This document shows positions 61,995 through 64,000 of a DNA stretch of 64,000 nt, piece by piece (within the stretch, counting starts at the first letter, position 1; the number at the start of each line of letters is the position of its first letter). Location of the stretch: positions 174,656,001 to 174,720,000 of the forward strand of contig CM059425.1 in assembly GCA_030390025.1 (NCBI GenBank). The letters are read 5' to 3'. The notes under the pieces are model-generated. The model was not told where the DNA came from and ran no database searches. It saw nothing but the letters and a program-made list of their open reading frames with translations. A program made the position numbers and the translations under genes. The DNA comes from Squalus acanthias. Lineage: Eukaryota.

Positions 61995-62650
61995 TAATGC
62001 ATTATCTCTTCTGACCCTGCTCAACCTCTCTGCTGCTTTTGACATTCTTTTACAATGTCTCTCCTGTGTTGTCCAGTTCAGTGTGATTGCCCTTACATGG
62101 TTACCGATAAGATAGTAGTGAGAGCATCTTCAGCAATGGCTTCTCTTGCTGCCCCTTGTCCCACTTCCAGTCTTGGATGAGCCATAATTTCTACCAGTTA
62201 AACACTGCGACGACCGAAACCTTGCCACAAACTCCTTAACCTTGGCGCCAATTCTATCCCCCTCCCTGGGCATTGTCTCAGGCTTAACTAGACTGTTCGC
62301 AACCTCGAGATCTTACTCAACCCTGAGCTGAGCTTCCAACTTCATATCCTCTCCATCACAAAGGCTGCCTTCTTCCACCTCTGTACCTTTGCATACATCC
62401 GCTCCTGCCTCAGCCTATCTGCTGCTGAAACCCTCAGCCACAAATATGTCACCTCCAGCCTTGACTTATTCCAATGTTCTCCTGGTCGGCGTCCCATCTT
62501 TGACCCGAAGTAAACTTCAGCTCATCCAAACTCTGCTGCCCGTATCCTATCCTGCACAAAGTCCTGCCCACCCATCACGCTTGTCCTTGCTGACCTATGT
62601 TATTTCTCTGTCCCCCAACACCTCCAATTTAAAATTCTCATCCTCATTTG
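61995..62650 (+). mobile_element. L2 LINE RT fragment
   Basis: LLNLSAAFD, AFFHL; homologous to 28095-28500. Confidence 0.75.
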
Positions 62651-63322
62651 GCCAACATTTCCTCAGTAAATTTTCCCATTACCCCAATAACATGGTTGGC
62701 ACTTCGACAATTGCTCCAAATCTCTCTCCACCTGCTCCCACCCCTCCTATCTGCAGTCATCTTGAACTCCTTTGCAGAAGTTTTTCCTGACAGACTTGTG
62801 ATGTAGATTCTGTTCTTGGTATGTTAAATTTAACTTTAAAAATTAATTGAAAAGGAGGAAAAAGATTGGTATTATTTGAAGCATCAGATCTGAGTCTGCA
62901 TGTTGTACACAACCTGCAACTTGGAGCGTGTGTGTGCAGAAGCTCAGATTTAATAATTTTAAAAAAAATCTGTGAATTTCAGCATGGTCCACCAGGGAAG
63001 TGAGGAGGAGGGTGCAGTAATTGTTGCAGCCATGTTATTTTTTCAATTCTGGTTTGTGAAACAGTCCGTACTGTAAGCAGGTGATTAACAGTGATACATA
63101 GCCTGGATTATGGCTTCAGCTCTCAGCATAAACAAGTTAATAGTTCTATTACCTGTTAAATAACTAGCACACTTAAACCTGCTATACAAAGCAGCAGCTG
63201 TACATTTAAATGTTTCGGATGATTATAACTATGGAAGCCAATTACAAATCTTAATTGGTGAGTAAAGATATGCAGCGCTTAGAATAATTTTCTTGATCAA
63301 GAATGTTTGTTCTTAGTCTGTA

Positions 63323-64000
63323 TATAGAAACATAGAAGATAGGAGCAGGTGTAGGCCATTCGGCCCCTCGAGCCTGCTCCGCCATTCGATGAGATCATGG
63401 CTGATCATCCAAACTCAGTACCCTGTCCCTGCCTTCTCCCCATATCCCTTGATACCTTTAGCTTTATGAAATATATCTAACTCATTCTTGAATATATTTA
63501 ATGACTTGGCCTCAACTACCTTCTGTGGTAGAGAATTCCACAGGTTCACCACTCTCTGGGTGAAGAAATTCTTCCTCATTTCTGTCCTAAATGGCTTACC
63601 CCTTATCCTTAGATTATGACCCCTGGTTCTGGACTCTCCGACCATCGGGAACATTCTTCCTGCATCTAGTTTGTCCAGACCTGTCAGAATTTTATATGTT
63701 TCGATGAGATCCCCTCTCATTCTTCTATACTCCAGCGAGTATAAGCCCAATCGACCCAATCTCTCCTCATATGTCATTCCTGCCATCCCAGGTATCAGCC
63801 TTGTGAATCTTCGCTGAACTCCTTCCATGGCAAGAACATCCTTCCTCAGATAAGGCGACCAAAACTGCACACAGTACTCAAGGTGTGGTCTCACCAAGGC
63901 CCTGTACAACTGCAGCAGGACATCCCTGTTCCTATACTCAAACCCTTTCGCTATGAAGGCCAACATACCATTTGCCTTCTTCACCGCCTGCTGCACCTGC
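63323..64000 (-). mobile_element. Young CR1 LINE 3' end (continues past the window)
   Basis: ORF 63415-63996 nearly identical to 56911-57490. Confidence 0.95.

Overview
This is a eukaryotic, repeat-dense window. The repeat inventory (CR1 LINEs with GGCCGAATGGCC tails, Deu-type tRNA SINEs, Penelope, Harbinger) points to a cartilaginous fish; this is an inference. I could not name any host protein-coding gene. There is a CpG-island promoter with a probable + strand first exon at ~24.56-25.22 kb and a second, oppositely oriented promoter-like island at ~35.6-36.0 kb. Highlights: (1) an apparently intact 4,256-bp PIF/Harbinger transposon (14529-18784) with TIRs, a 386-aa DDE transposase and a convergent 3-exon 459-aa Myb/SANT gene. 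It sits inside a nearly intact Penelope-like retroelement (14-bp TSD) whose terminus carries a minimal hammerhead-ribozyme motif. (2) Two further, decayed Harbinger families whose Myb partners share intron positions and a C-terminal AT-hook-like/RRxxR tail. (3) TSD-flanked 96-bp and 203-bp Penelope-terminus mini-elements, one of them a palindrome. (4) A Tx1-type LINE dimer that looks self-targeted. (5) A Copia-type gag/PBS/LTR remnant. (6) A near full-length CR1 with esterase ORF1, plus many nested LINE, SINE and MITE insertions. All calls come from reading the sequence by eye; no searches were run.
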